In this document: one piece after another, positions 32,801 to 37,944 of the stretch
How positions within the stretch are numbered: the first letter of the stretch is position 1
How the letters are laid out: each line of letters begins with the position of its first letter
Source of the DNA: a virus
DNA: 64,000 nucleotides
Direction: 5' to 3' (one strand)
Virus record (IMG/VR): IMGVR_UViG_3300031857_000055
Span: 1 to 64,000 of that record
The notes under the pieces: generated by a model
Told to the model about the DNA's origin: nothing
The model's input: the letters and a program-made list of their open reading frames with translations, nothing else
The model's database searches: none
Program-made: the position numbers and the translations under genes

Positions 32801-34538
32801 TGAAGAAGTAGGGGGAACTCCTTTTGTAGTGTCTGATGATACTGGGTCAATGTCACTGTTGGCAAACGGATTGACGGTTGCGCCTATCGCAAATATCAGT
32901 AATAGTTTGACTCCGCCGATAGCTATTAGCAACGCAACAAGCACAACCGCAGGATCTCCTAATCAAATCACAGCAGATAGCACTACTGGATTTATCGTAA
33001 ATCAACCAGTTCAGTTCTTTGGCACATCATTTGACGCCAACATTAGAACAGACGGTGTTGTATACTTTATTAGAAGTATTGTTAATAGCACTACGTTTAC
33101 TATTAAAGACGCTGCCGGTACCCAAATTGTGACTGTTGGTGGTTCAGGCAATATGCAAGTTGTAGTGGGCGGACAGCCCAGTGTGCGTGTAACTACCTCA
33201 ATTGAGCATAAGTTTGTAGAAAATACGTTAATTAGAATTGACGGTACAACTGGTTCAGTTCAGCTTAATAATAACACATATTATGCTAAGATCATTGACC
33301 CACTCACATTTGATATCTATAATAGTCCATATGATTCTTCAATTACTGCGGTAAATGATCCCGTAACTACTATTGAAGCGTATATCAGTGGCGGCTATAC
33401 ATGGCGTCAGGGTCTATTCTTCATCAGCACTACTACAGCCACTGCTACTACTGAAGCATCACCCGATGACGATTATATAACTGTAGCTTCTACTGACGGT
33501 CTGGTTTCTGGAACTCCAGTATACTTCAGTGAAATTGAAACATCAAACACTGATATTAACGGAGATCCTACTCCGCTAATGGGAGGCTTAACACAGGGTA
33601 CACTGTATTATGTGAAGGACATTGTTAACTCTACTAGATTCACTGTGTCTTCAGTGAGATATGGTCCTGCTGTTAGCTTAACCGACGATTCCGGAAGAAT
33701 CAACGTAACTCAGTGGTCACAAGAAAATGTTGATAGAATGTATGTAACAATCAACGGCTATCGTGTTCCGTCATCTAAGCTCAAAGTCAATGACTTCAAC
33801 GAAGTCAGCATTTTGTCAGAGATTGTCCCCGGTGATAGAGTCATTATCTCAAGTATGATACCAACTGCAACTCCTAATGAGGAAATATACATCAATTTTG
33901 TTAACAATGTTGGGGACGCTGAAGTTTACAGAACCAGTCCAGAAATTACAACTTGGGTAACCGAAACTGTATATCCTTTAGCAACAGAAATCTTAGTCAA
34001 CGATGTTACTAAGCTAACTCGCCAGATAGTGCAGGAAGTCACAACTCCAGCTCCAGCTATTGCTGACGGATTCTACTATATAGGATTAACCGCAGACAAG
34101 AACTTGATTGCTAATGTTAGAATCTTCAACAAGACTACACTAAACTTCATACCACAAGAAGCAATCAGTGTTGCTCTTATTGATTTGTCTCCTAATGTTA
34201 AGATTGCGCCCGGAGTCTACATTACGGAGGACGATGAGTTGACTATCACTACCCTAGAAGGTAACTTAGTCTATATCAACGGCGAACAGATTAGATTCAA
34301 TAAGGTAGACTTTGATACTAATGCGTTGCAAGAAATTAGTAGAGGCGTGAACGGTACTGGTACACAAACTATCATACCTGCTTACTCTCCTGCATATGGA
34401 CTGTTGTCGATAAATCAACTACCTAATGTGTTCTATGATCAGACTTGGAATTCCAACAAATATAACACCGTTGAAGGGGATCCGTTGCAGATTAGCGACA
34501 CTATTCCTGCTCAATTCCTAATTGATCCGGCTAATTAA
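14892..34538 (+). CDS. Giant 6548-aa baseplate wedge / fibre-platform structural protein (gp7-position), multi-repeat
   Basis: Uninterrupted ORF after gp6 starting RTLNFLPEIFQT. It has about 15 copies of a GGxxxGxxYYVxxIxxxTxFT(I/V)SE domain, FG-GAP-like repeats, Asp-box repeats and a CBM5/12-like motif. Confidence 0.8.
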   Translation: MARIRTLNFLPEIFQTPTNSQFLSATLDRLVSNPSSTRVQGYVGSKFGSGINALDYYVTEPTKTRADYQLEPSVVFTKAEEEIANDFITYPGIIDSLKQQGAITNNNDRLFNSQIYSWDSFTNLDKLVNYYEYYWLPIGAPAVTVAPSTVFINQDYVVTDFPNSYEISEVGSAIGTGTNPTISVIRGGTYRFEVNQTSQFWIQTEPGTSGFSPTQENLPTREVFGVDNNGTEVGIVTFNVPFKNAQDQFVFPGNNMVDVICNIPFDQVNGRNLYTINDPATGVIYPGLDNIDGVTGLEGLRILFYDTGVPDEQGFVSSYYDSTTYDVNDPSFTEPKTVTVGSTNASGNRLSMASGFTTDELIPNQTVTFSGVLLGGIVEGQVYFVKDIINSTDFTISEDLEGDTVTVFSQSGANMIVNINQGQFQNGFNTVVSENFYRIQYVGDPDNPIIRLLPDGTIPNNEKISPRFGDQYISRSFYRNNLGVISMIPIITAPLDVLYYQDGINPNKVGVIKINDSDIDNFINIETEILGRTTYTSPNGVQFTNGLKVQFDGNVFPNSYRSGEYYVEGVGTAIELIPVSELIVPEKFSRGDFIPYDTVGYDDTDYDIELFVPIDPDYITITRNSISKNAWSRSNRWFHIDVINATAQYNDNPNILTEYATLDNKAKRPIIEFYPNLKMFDAGTQGKRPVDFFDTRATDALSQVAGLNNYFPDVETYTGNTAVVASTPTVIVNVVSMELGKTYELVNVDDTIQDSWNELAGTLGVTYFPGDKIVCVKDGNDLLVPGTGTGRLIDDQTTVTVPSDDVTGVFQIGMYVGDVLNIIPTNAQIINLTDDGTTTTLTINYPFPQDIVGGTTSIVGTDTTVSNYSVFPGSRIIFSNDTDEGTKHKIYVVDIVVTTLGGSPQIVLIEAEDTNVEVDQQVVITRGFTEQGKTFYFDGIEWLQAQQKVTVNQAPLFDVFDDNGISLSDSTVYNSTSFTGTTLFSYGINPLTVDDPILGFPVRFTDVGNIGDISFDVTINSDTFNYVRGIESITQQVNTGYVHNYINRIEFARELGWVTAVENSVQYQEFNFRYNVATPTTQFVCDVAALPEVEFDSVGWPRVKVYNNNKYLEPTDYTVEIFDTATRITLNSAPDVDTVIQVLLLSDQVSQSGFYQIPDNLNSNPFNEDLTVADLGDIRNHYQDIFVNAPNTTGDIFGSNNYRDCGDLTPYGTKIIQNSASMVLPGVFLRKTKYDLLNALMFTSNEYVKFKQLLVDTVQNTQFTIRNTPAEILDEAIEQIAASKSEISSFYWSDMLPNRSPLAVNTYNFNSNTDVTRYPLSKVYNFESANYDSVLVYLNRTVNNNLVQRQLLRNVDYTISADSPTVTVTLDLVPGDQIIVKEYNQTYGSFVPYTPSKLGLYALYEPSVVLDSNYSTPTYFIKGHDGSYTKLYGTYIPQTDTLLDFRDQTLLEFEKRVYNNVKLSTEVPIKFYDVLPGFFRDSDYSYDEWLQMYSTNFLNWVGQNRIDYKTQFFNRNNEFTYNYTNSSNKLTGEQIQQGYWRGAYQYLYDTTTPNLTPWEMLGFANKPTWWEERYGPAPYTSDNLVLWGDLESGRVYSADGTSVIVPEVARPGLLDIIPVNSNGNLLSPLNSIVGTYNANTFQKDWKVGDDGPAELSYRRSSTYPFDVIKLFAMTKPAEFYNLAVDLDNYKYNAEFNQYLVNNRDHLIISDVEIYGDGIAKTSYINWIVDYEKQFGVDTTQEIKQALRNLDVRLAYRLAGYSDKTLLKFYVEKGSPNTANASLLIPDESYQVLLYDNQPFDKVVFSSVIIQKTVQGGFTVFGNSQSFAYFIIKAPVNSGRSELVTVLDKTVKLATDYSSKEVLVPYGTTFYSIQEVAQFLMSYNAYLTDKGMKFNEVQAGTEINWELMVQQFMYWTQMGWEDGSLITLNPAANDLVFDKEGSIVQPLTIQQQNFILNQDLYPIQINTLCVNRDGTYFKVHTLNEGDSMSFAQFNVSNFEHGIVFNNTTLFNDVIYNLVTGLRQNRITLRGTKTSEWNGTVDAWGFIINQDNVKEWSKDVKYPKGSIVLHKNKYYTALRLSEPSTVFNDLDWKLINYEDVQKGLLPNSATRSFESTLYYNCNEANLEQDADLLSFSLIGYRPRDYLALADLTDITQINVYKNMIKNKGTVNAVTAFDGVNLPQGGIEYEVYENWAIKSGDYGGLLSQNFVEFRVDQNLLTGNPSIVSLTNGVYTEGSQQEVPIYSLFNYGDTITDPNVLAVTTDPYNNLYPSAGYANFNDVKMSSFYYGGLPNGVNKDGIVVPIQNFYVRDYLWLASFKEKWGIFSWSPIGEVVEVAANLNNTATVTFSKPHNLKNLDPIAIVNFSTNVDGYYIVTQVVNLNQVIINLSISNIGSESITGSGVGMFIYSQRVAQPGDINTLPLLEAEFSKNTVWVDENTDGGWAVYRKGINYARQGELSTTTSSTFGNSVAFTESAGYLVADSANGVVYRYYYKNSNYDLAETITNDTSFGEKIVHNDNTFVISQPTTDPTVYIYAWNDTALANELLLTQTIAAPMGVTDWGSELAISGDGNWVYVSDTLNTQVYVYRKNNQEFSAGYFVPTQTYVITELGTTDFTAIGAIENSVGITFEATGIGSGTGTAINATYELVNIIENPDIVTAGSFIIGEEYKIASLGNTDFTLVGAASNNVGVVFTATGPGTGTGTASAQSNGFGTAISTDFDSDCLFIGAPNKDYSVSVTNWGEVYFYQRSVQNFESTAVSTLTQPQFFALGWTPDTATKAVTATSDSTDRITLANVSGISVNDAITFVGTGLAGTDIIAYKTYYVAGISGSAITIKESRSTNAIVQLSTVSSISNATAHVQSELLLVNVNGRMVQDNNYAVVGSSLVYTGSLNAGDIVEVSGNDFYNVQTFNAASNSAINIQFGYDLDVTRQASELLIGSPYEIDSENREGLVYRFTNGGARFGIVVGENQCFLSTTRSVLINGYQVTLAAGTAAAVANQIVNSRVPNITASATTDNKLIIQVVDPNLAEINNKLMVTAFDTATLDELGISVYSPTQVIPCPHKEGPTEFGKTIKFNQFDSVVIAAPAGPNFVATTFDFTDDENLDNDTVFDNNATRFLEDYPNAGAVYMFDLLTNNNGSLLNPGAFVYAQPSNSATLDFVINPYYGEAVDFYDNTVIVGAPNQIINPSQVGQVTTFVNATGVRNWSEFRQSAPIVDINKIQNTQLFSASTNNTLINLDYMDPLQDKLLGAIRENIDYVSPEDPARYNVDPLNISANTWGSQQVGKIWFNTSTVRFVNYHQNDVVYNSEYWGTVFPGSDISVCTWVASNVLPGQYQGPGTPIDATKYAVGSRLNASNIVTPVYYFWVRNSGLIVKEREKTLSDAVLASYIANPQSSGIAYMAPLLPNTFALYNSAEYINDADSVFHIGFATNQDTDVPHNEFKLIRQNFPDDFLPGLMPGERPFSLYARMLDSLSGTTISGEIVPNPFLPLAVQSGVLARPRQSFFYNRFEALKNYLTYANAVLVQYPITEIKPDISFAFVSDEFYNTADYWEYINWWAPGYNNSTRAFVQVPLYADLAELVVNPDTLVKVDNNGTGSFEIYRYDGEGVWTRVGLENGTIQFSSALWEYAKFGLGYGNDFYDTIPYDDYPSEATRNIIRLLNEQIYTQELLIHRNKSLILLLEYIQTETIESQNYLPWLSKTSLMDVFHTVRELRPFEVFKSDNVEFLEGYINEVKPYHVVLKEFLVKYDGMEVYDGNFTDFDVPATYNNNFDQYISPQLVFTDPDNEYTYDENSPIWSTAPYTQWYQNYGLSLTGQENYLITTLKSYMDLGSNVMLVDNASGFPSNGVIQIDGEIISYAFVDRNLNLLGGLSRGLNNSQVSEHIPDSDIFIDLPAVVVLDEGSGYTQVPKVIAHVDTTLYPAPRKEAILQAVMSGGRVSSVQVIDPGAGYVVLPEIKIDSAYTILFSDTDINASLNTININAPFLRTGEIVKFNSGTGGAKPTNLVDDSWYYVGVLESLPSVIIALYTNYSDAVKDQNRINIAPGLASDDMSLSPGARASTITSSAPTRENNITLRFDRTTYNSQVIDWESGTFYGAFFAGTYYNSDKISSSAITLENTEPDINTILASAQGVALQISDVTDEEELVWSAFTRYVSETSAIDNSISLVPQDGNNPDLSELEPNASGTTIGFYIGMPIKFIGTVIGGLSEGVTYYVSEIIDEIKFCVSDTISGSTRVLNNGTVNAPLLECYTGNINETVIVSVEYPGIIEATQTQSVTNAITVPLSPVGTGGTIGFYTNLPVFFTGNVFGGIIENFNYYVTSVIDNQTFTISETQNPVTTTVTQTKATGNILVVGSINGISRNDPIIITSLTGGLALSGIVAGKTYYVSQFISPTEITISEVVNGPVLVVSNRVGTAVLTNQKDTVKLTNATGSMTMNVSLPVSPGQVDGQLFTLYQTSGQFTDIAPSGANYSDLIDRQIRATIGTVNKIAISENDGGTFNFYVNMPIQVLQNVGGLTTGTTYYITEYSGMVDPLNSELTLPNIQVEVTNSSDIGNVLTCTVDLLRGFDGTDSLYEKMPITFQGTGLGGIVIDQEYYVKTIVSATQFTVSEVVDGPVKVLTLANGLMVGTGDPYIKVSTSKGGSAVSLTDNNSATSSFTQFITVDPVFDLSYLLGGYNAIISTPGEGFAISNTILIPGTAVDGTSPANDILLTVNTIDEDGGITSVIRSGTPPSVANQYYMQVRSTNTLAVYKNSLLTIPATPAEFDYVGYTTATVTETQASTDIITVNSTAEFAVNDAVVFTGDVTGGMNLGQTYYILDNGNFTATTLQISDTPGGSVIPLSTATSQNYSMAKLGSVAFLPEPFFFNQSIVRYNNRVYVCVVSNNDDEFIFGKWELLDSGDRRLNAMDRVIGYYQPTSNMPGVDLQQLFEGTTYPNPTYQGNNFDPNLQYGVDTILTPLPFYPSEVDISGIVWNGDNYLASANLPGYNAILTSEDGETWTINQLTNNNINTTSISQLNGFYFLTSANPTVPLLRSVNGVAWSAVSYFVPFGTTELELQNLAALNIPSLSLNDVAYCTIGDAWVSVGRNILRSEDGIVWRELTEFNPSLEYELNAVSSITGANCQGLVAVGKGKQPDYSTGVTQLVPIGLIFYSQNSVNWNQIQPLTDKGLYGVSSDGTTVIAVGERQVIYYTQNGFDWVGLNEVGCVFVDSINNYLNVTNTAGFNDGSLGTPVRFNRSFSTIAANTTYYVREIISSTQVTLSSTLDGSVLTLSSASVPENTRMFVYDASDPIPATLNDILYANSLWITVGDEGTIKTSTDGIVWETRTSNTTNNLNNVTYNEDQGVFVVVGENNTILTSADGISWEETSVFDPIVPVYDVKGANFQFGYAPEELVAGVVSDNLALIVNTRPGSNWPVVEYGHTGFNVNSIEIAPTFGEQVEYSFANLVNVPVTLRVQVINGTTELGTTLSPDAYTIDWINKKIILDQAISFSPRLDKLRIDVYEAGNGDQLVKASTDTYPIITDSDFGFREINLPCNYSATIFEGGGALRPGTDNVNVRVFETESVTNRIFCDEVADFIINSPISFQGVPFGGLQEETVYYVKTISFATNAITVSTVFDSLTGIAGPTTELTDDTGEMFANIQNGVAAVWTDPLVEHNGEKLVFGGIGLVTRSKSSNNALTTGTTSGLIVGTPITFGQASFGVLVPFQRYYIQSIIDGNEFTISETQGGPVLAQDDFAGTTTFVTNDYSIGLRNGNKAKLVFANNTFTNDVDYISFSIFGETQPAQYGYAVPETQYYAGNGSTSLFQLANFVGLDNPQNAIVEVNGVRQTISQYTIDAIANTILFDSPPPANSVVAVTTYNDTLRQYLTSQYDITGNPGSSLLNLTVIETVNELGTYDQDAPVVQTYDQDTPVIVLYDEFLNYLTLGPGDDTSVLNVNDSLQFSAPTLGGIVAGQTYYVLQILNSTDFVISEEVGGTPFVVSDDTGSMSLLANGLTVAPIANISNSLTPPIAISNATSTTAGSPNQITADSTTGFIVNQPVQFFGTSFDANIRTDGVVYFIRSIVNSTTFTIKDAAGTQIVTVGGSGNMQVVVGGQPSVRVTTSIEHKFVENTLIRIDGTTGSVQLNNNTYYAKIIDPLTFDIYNSPYDSSITAVNDPVTTIEAYISGGYTWRQGLFFISTTTATATTEASPDDDYITVASTDGLVSGTPVYFSEIETSNTDINGDPTPLMGGLTQGTLYYVKDIVNSTRFTVSSVRYGPAVSLTDDSGRINVTQWSQENVDRMYVTINGYRVPSSKLKVNDFNEVSILSEIVPGDRVIISSMIPTATPNEEIYINFVNNVGDAEVYRTSPEITTWVTETVYPLATEILVNDVTKLTRQIVQEVTTPAPAIADGFYYIGLTADKNLIANVRIFNKTTLNFIPQEAISVALIDLSPNVKIAPGVYITEDDELTITTLEGNLVYINGEQIRFNKVDFDTNALQEISRGVNGTGTQTIIPAYSPAYGLLSINQLPNVFYDQTWNSNKYNTVEGDPLQISDTIPAQFLIDPAN
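22670..23005 (+). repeat. Two tandem copies of an about 45-aa module (YxIxxLGxTDFTxxGAxxNxVGxxFxATGxGxGTGTA)
   Basis: Direct comparison of YVITELGTTDFTAIGAIENSVGITFEATGIGSGTGTA with YKIASLGNTDFTLVGAASNNVGVVFTATGPGTGTGTA. Confidence 0.85.
32574..32633 (+). repeat. 30-nt tandem duplication (TYDQDAPVVQ / TYDQDTPVIV)
   Basis: ACATATGACCAAGA occurs at 32574 and 32604. Confidence 0.8.
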
Positions 34539-34540
34539 GA

Positions 34541-34548
34541 GATAAATA
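34541..34548 (+). promoter_or_regulatory. Putative late promoter (GATAAATA), leaderless
   Basis: Box immediately after the giant gene's stop, with ATG 34554 5 nt downstream. Confidence 0.7.
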
Positions 34549-34553
34549 AAGAA

Positions 34554-34700
34554 ATGAATACTAATATATCAACCAGTTCTACTAAAAAGGTTACTGAAAA
34601 AAAGCCCAACGAGATTGGTGGCTTCCACTTTTCCTCTGGAATTAAGATTTTTGATCCAGTAACGAAAGAAGTTCTTCTACAAAAGAGAGGCGACAACTAA
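34554..34700 (+). CDS. 48-aa small protein resembling the N-terminus of the downstream gene
   Basis: Not in the ORF track. It reads MNTNISTSSTKKVTEKKPNEIGGFHFSSGIKIFDPVTKEVLLQKRGDN, fills the gap exactly, has a late box upstream and is TAATG-coupled to 34700. Confidence 0.75.
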   Translation: MNTNISTSSTKKVTEKKPNEIGGFHFSSGIKIFDPVTKEVLLQKRGDN

Positions 34701-35320
34701 TGTCTATCATCAACTTATCATATAAGGTAGAAGGCTTCCTCAAGATTTATGACCCTAACAACGGGGAAATTTTTGTAGATAAGAAGAACGCCATCAACTA
34801 TGAGAATATGTCAGTAGCAATTGCTGATACATTGAGCAGTAGAGGATACGGTGAAATCTATCAGATGGCATTCGGTAACGGCGGAGCTAGTGTTGATCAG
34901 ACTGGCGTGATCACATATCTGCCACCTAACGTAACTGGTCAAAATGCTGCATTGTACAATCAGACTTATGCTAAGATCGTAGATGACACAAGCGTATTCA
35001 ATCTTGATCCTACACGTAACAAGATGACTGTCCTACACACGACAGGCACCGTGTACTCAGATATTCTGGTTCAATGTCTATTAGACTACGGTGAGCCAGC
35101 TGGACAGGCAGCATTTGATAACAGTACTCAAACAGATTCAACGTATGTATTTGATGAATTAGGACTATTAGCCAACTATGGTACGGACAATAACGGTAAT
35201 GTAATAACCAGACTACTGACTCACGTTATTTTCCATCCAGTACAAAAGTCACTGAACAGACAAATACAAATTGATTACACCATTAGAATTCAGAGTCTAA
35301 CTAATTTGGTAACTATTTAA
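34700..35320 (+). CDS. Putative baseplate / tail-fibre attachment protein
   Basis: MAFGNGG, FDELGL and LLTHVIFHPVQKSLNRQIQIDYTIRI motifs, located between the baseplate and fibre genes. Confidence 0.6.
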   Translation: MSIINLSYKVEGFLKIYDPNNGEIFVDKKNAINYENMSVAIADTLSSRGYGEIYQMAFGNGGASVDQTGVITYLPPNVTGQNAALYNQTYAKIVDDTSVFNLDPTRNKMTVLHTTGTVYSDILVQCLLDYGEPAGQAAFDNSTQTDSTYVFDELGLLANYGTDNNGNVITRLLTHVIFHPVQKSLNRQIQIDYTIRIQSLTNLVTI

Positions 35321-35333
35321 GGGAGCGCAAGAA

Positions 35334-37574
35334 GTGTCGTATAGTATTTTCAGAACCAATGGTTCACTTTTAACAACTATTCCGGACGGTACGGTTAATA
35401 CTACCAGCACTCCTTTAAGCTTGCCAGGTAGAAACTATGCAAGTTACGGGCAAATCGTAGACACCAATTTTGTCCATCAACTAGAAAACTTTGCTAATTC
35501 TACTCCACCGCCTGATGCACTGCGCGGCCAGCTATGGTACAACACCACTGCAAATGTATTGTATATTTGCCCGTCAGACGGCGAGTCAAATGTTGCATTA
35601 TGGGTTCCTATTCTAACACCAAATAATATTAGCAATATCTCAGTTGTAAATCTTACTGCATCGGCTAATATATCAGCAAACAACGCTACTATTACCAACA
35701 ATGCAAACGCTAATGCTATCTCTACCAACTACTTAACAGTCAACGTTCAAGCAAACATTTCTAATGCAAATGTTACTGGAAATGCAGTAGTTGCAAACTT
35801 ACGAACAGTAAACGTAACAGCTGGTTCAAATACCATCACCGGTACTTTAACTGGTGCCTGGACAGTAAACGGAGACGCAACAGTTAGCAGCGTTGCAAAC
35901 ACTGCTTTGTATGTTACCGGAGGTAATCTGGTTGTTAGCACCGGTATAAAGACTAACAACTATCTGTATGCTAACGGTGTCGCCGTATCATTTGACGGTA
36001 CATATACTAACAGTAACGTAGCAGCTTACTTACCTACTTATGAAGGAAACGTAGGCAGCCCAGGTGGCAACGCAGTATTTAATGGCAGAACACTTAATGC
36101 TGGATCAAACGTAACAACAGGCACAATCAACGGTAACTGGACACTTTCCTCAGGTTCACAAATCAACGGTCTATCAGGTATTGCAGGTGCTAATGTTACA
36201 GGAACAGTTGCTAACGCTACATATGCAGTAAGCGCAGGCTCAGCAGGAAGTGCTACAACTGCCGCTACAGTAACAACAGCAGCACAACCAAATATCACTT
36301 CAGTCGGTACATTAACCGGCCTTAACGTATCAGGTAACGCAAACTTTACCGGTCAGCTAATAAGTTTGGGATCAAACGGTAATGTAAGCATCACTGGCGG
36401 CGCAGCCGGTCAAGTATTGTCAACAAACGGTTCAGGCGGACTAAGCTGGGTATCGGCAGCGGCTGCTCAAACTGCAATTACTGTTACTGCTAACGCTCAG
36501 CCAAACATCACAAGTACAGGCACACTCACTGGCCTTAACGTTTCTGGAAACGCATCATTTACTGGTGCTAACGTAAGTTTAGGAGATGCTGCTAATCTAA
36601 AAATTAATGGCGGTTCGTCAGGACAGCTTCTAACGTCACTTGGTTCTGGAACCGTAGCTTGGCAAACAGCCGAGACTGTCATCCCATCCGGAACCAGAAT
36701 GTTATTTGCTCAAACTAATGCTCCTACAGGATGGACAAAGCAAACTTCAAGCGACAACGCTGCATTAAGAGTCGTATCAGGCACTGCCGGAACAGGCGGC
36801 TCTGTCAACTTTACGGCTGCGTTCACTTCACAATCAGTGTCTGGTACAGTGGGAAGCACTACTGCCGGAGGGACGGTCGGCAATAGCACTATCAGTGCAA
36901 CTGTAGGTGACACTGCTGTTTCAGGCACCGTGGGTTCTACCGTAGCAGAAGGTTCAGTAGGGTCTACTTCTATAACTGCAAGCATCGGTGAAACTGCGGT
37001 ATCAGGTTCAATAACATCGGCTACTGCTGGCGGCACAGTAGGGACCAATACTATTAGTGCAAGCATCGGAAACACTGCGGTATCAGGAACAATAGACGAA
37101 ACTACGGTTACTGGAACTACCAATAGCAATTTCACCGGAATTACCCTAAACATAATTAACTCAGAGCAAATTGAGAACGAGCAAAATCAGTTTTGGGTTT
37201 ATCGTTATGCAATAAATGATCCAGGACACAGCCACACGTTTTCTGCTGCCCCACACAATCACACGTTCTCATCACCGTCCCACTCTCACGATTTCACTCA
37301 GTCGGCTCACGGTCACACATTTGCTGGATCGCCTCACAGCCACAGCTTCACTTCGCCAAATCACACTCACGGATTTACTCAGACAGCGCACAATCACACA
37401 TTTGCTGGATCCGCACACACCCACTCATTCTCGTCACCAAACCATACTCACTCCTTTAGTCAGTCAGCGCACACTCATACCTTCACCGGTGATTCCCATA
37501 ATCACACATTTTCGGGAACGGACATTAACTTGGCTGTTAAATACGTAGACGTTATTATTGCACAGAAAGATTAA
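35334..37574 (+). CDS. Long tail fibre with collar domain and His-x-His metal-binding needle (T4 gp37-tip-like)
   Basis: GTG start with GGGAG. ENFA...GQLWY anchor, two AQPNITSxGTLTGL repeats, collar IPSGTRMLFAQTNAPTGWTK, and 11 HxH motifs at 9-aa period. Confidence 0.85.
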   Translation: MSYSIFRTNGSLLTTIPDGTVNTTSTPLSLPGRNYASYGQIVDTNFVHQLENFANSTPPPDALRGQLWYNTTANVLYICPSDGESNVALWVPILTPNNISNISVVNLTASANISANNATITNNANANAISTNYLTVNVQANISNANVTGNAVVANLRTVNVTAGSNTITGTLTGAWTVNGDATVSSVANTALYVTGGNLVVSTGIKTNNYLYANGVAVSFDGTYTNSNVAAYLPTYEGNVGSPGGNAVFNGRTLNAGSNVTTGTINGNWTLSSGSQINGLSGIAGANVTGTVANATYAVSAGSAGSATTAATVTTAAQPNITSVGTLTGLNVSGNANFTGQLISLGSNGNVSITGGAAGQVLSTNGSGGLSWVSAAAAQTAITVTANAQPNITSTGTLTGLNVSGNASFTGANVSLGDAANLKINGGSSGQLLTSLGSGTVAWQTAETVIPSGTRMLFAQTNAPTGWTKQTSSDNAALRVVSGTAGTGGSVNFTAAFTSQSVSGTVGSTTAGGTVGNSTISATVGDTAVSGTVGSTVAEGSVGSTSITASIGETAVSGSITSATAGGTVGTNTISASIGNTAVSGTIDETTVTGTTNSNFTGITLNIINSEQIENEQNQFWVYRYAINDPGHSHTFSAAPHNHTFSSPSHSHDFTQSAHGHTFAGSPHSHSFTSPNHTHGFTQTAHNHTFAGSAHTHSFSSPNHTHSFSQSAHTHTFTGDSHNHTFSGTDINLAVKYVDVIIAQKD
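37227..37505 (+). repeat. 27-nt period repeat encoding 11 HxH nonamers
   Basis: HSHTFSAAP HNHTFSSPS HSHDFTQSA HGHTFAGSP HSHSFTSPN HTHGFTQTA HNHTFAGSA HTHSFSSPN HTHSFSQSA HTHTFTGDS HNH. Confidence 0.9.
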
Positions 37575-37582
37575 GGTATTGT

Positions 37583-37915
37583 ATGAAGTTAGAACCCGGA
37601 AAATTTTGCCCACTGATTAAGAAAGACTGTGTAGGACTACAATGTTCATGGTTTACATTAGTTAGGGGCACGCATCCGCAGACGGGACAAGAAGTTGATG
37701 AATGGGGCTGTGCAGTAACATGGTTGCCGGTCTTGATGATTGAAAATAGTCAGCAGCAGCGACAAACAGGTGCCGCAGTTGAAAGTTTCAGAAACGAAGT
37801 AGTTAAGTCGGCTGAGAAAAGTCAGCATTTGATAGCAGCAGACCTTCAACATCGTATAGAGGAATCTAGAAGAATACAGACGCTACCTTATAGCGATACA
37901 GCAAATAATACATGA
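37583..37915 (+). CDS. Cys-rich fibre-associated protein (possible assembly chaperone)
   Basis: CPLIKKDCVGLQC...WGC followed by a helical QQRQTGAAVESFRNE segment, with AAGGT upstream. It directly follows the fibre gene. Confidence 0.65.
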   Translation: MKLEPGKFCPLIKKDCVGLQCSWFTLVRGTHPQTGQEVDEWGCAVTWLPVLMIENSQQQRQTGAAVESFRNEVVKSAEKSQHLIAADLQHRIEESRRIQTLPYSDTANNT

Positions 37916-37921
37916 TAAATA
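37914..37921 (+). promoter_or_regulatory. Putative late promoter (GATAAATA)
   Basis: Same box, upstream of GGAG and ATG 37945. Confidence 0.7.
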
Positions 37922-37944
37922 TTCGTACACGGAGAAATTTTTAA

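Noticed and set aside
14892-34538. Intein or intron explaining the giant ORF
   Set aside because: I saw no intein splice motifs or homing-endonuclease signatures; the length is accounted for by structural repeats.
37140-37505. Fibre tip as a diversity-generating retroelement target
   Set aside because: No reverse transcriptase and no second near-identical copy differing at adenines seen in the window; a remote template cannot be excluded.
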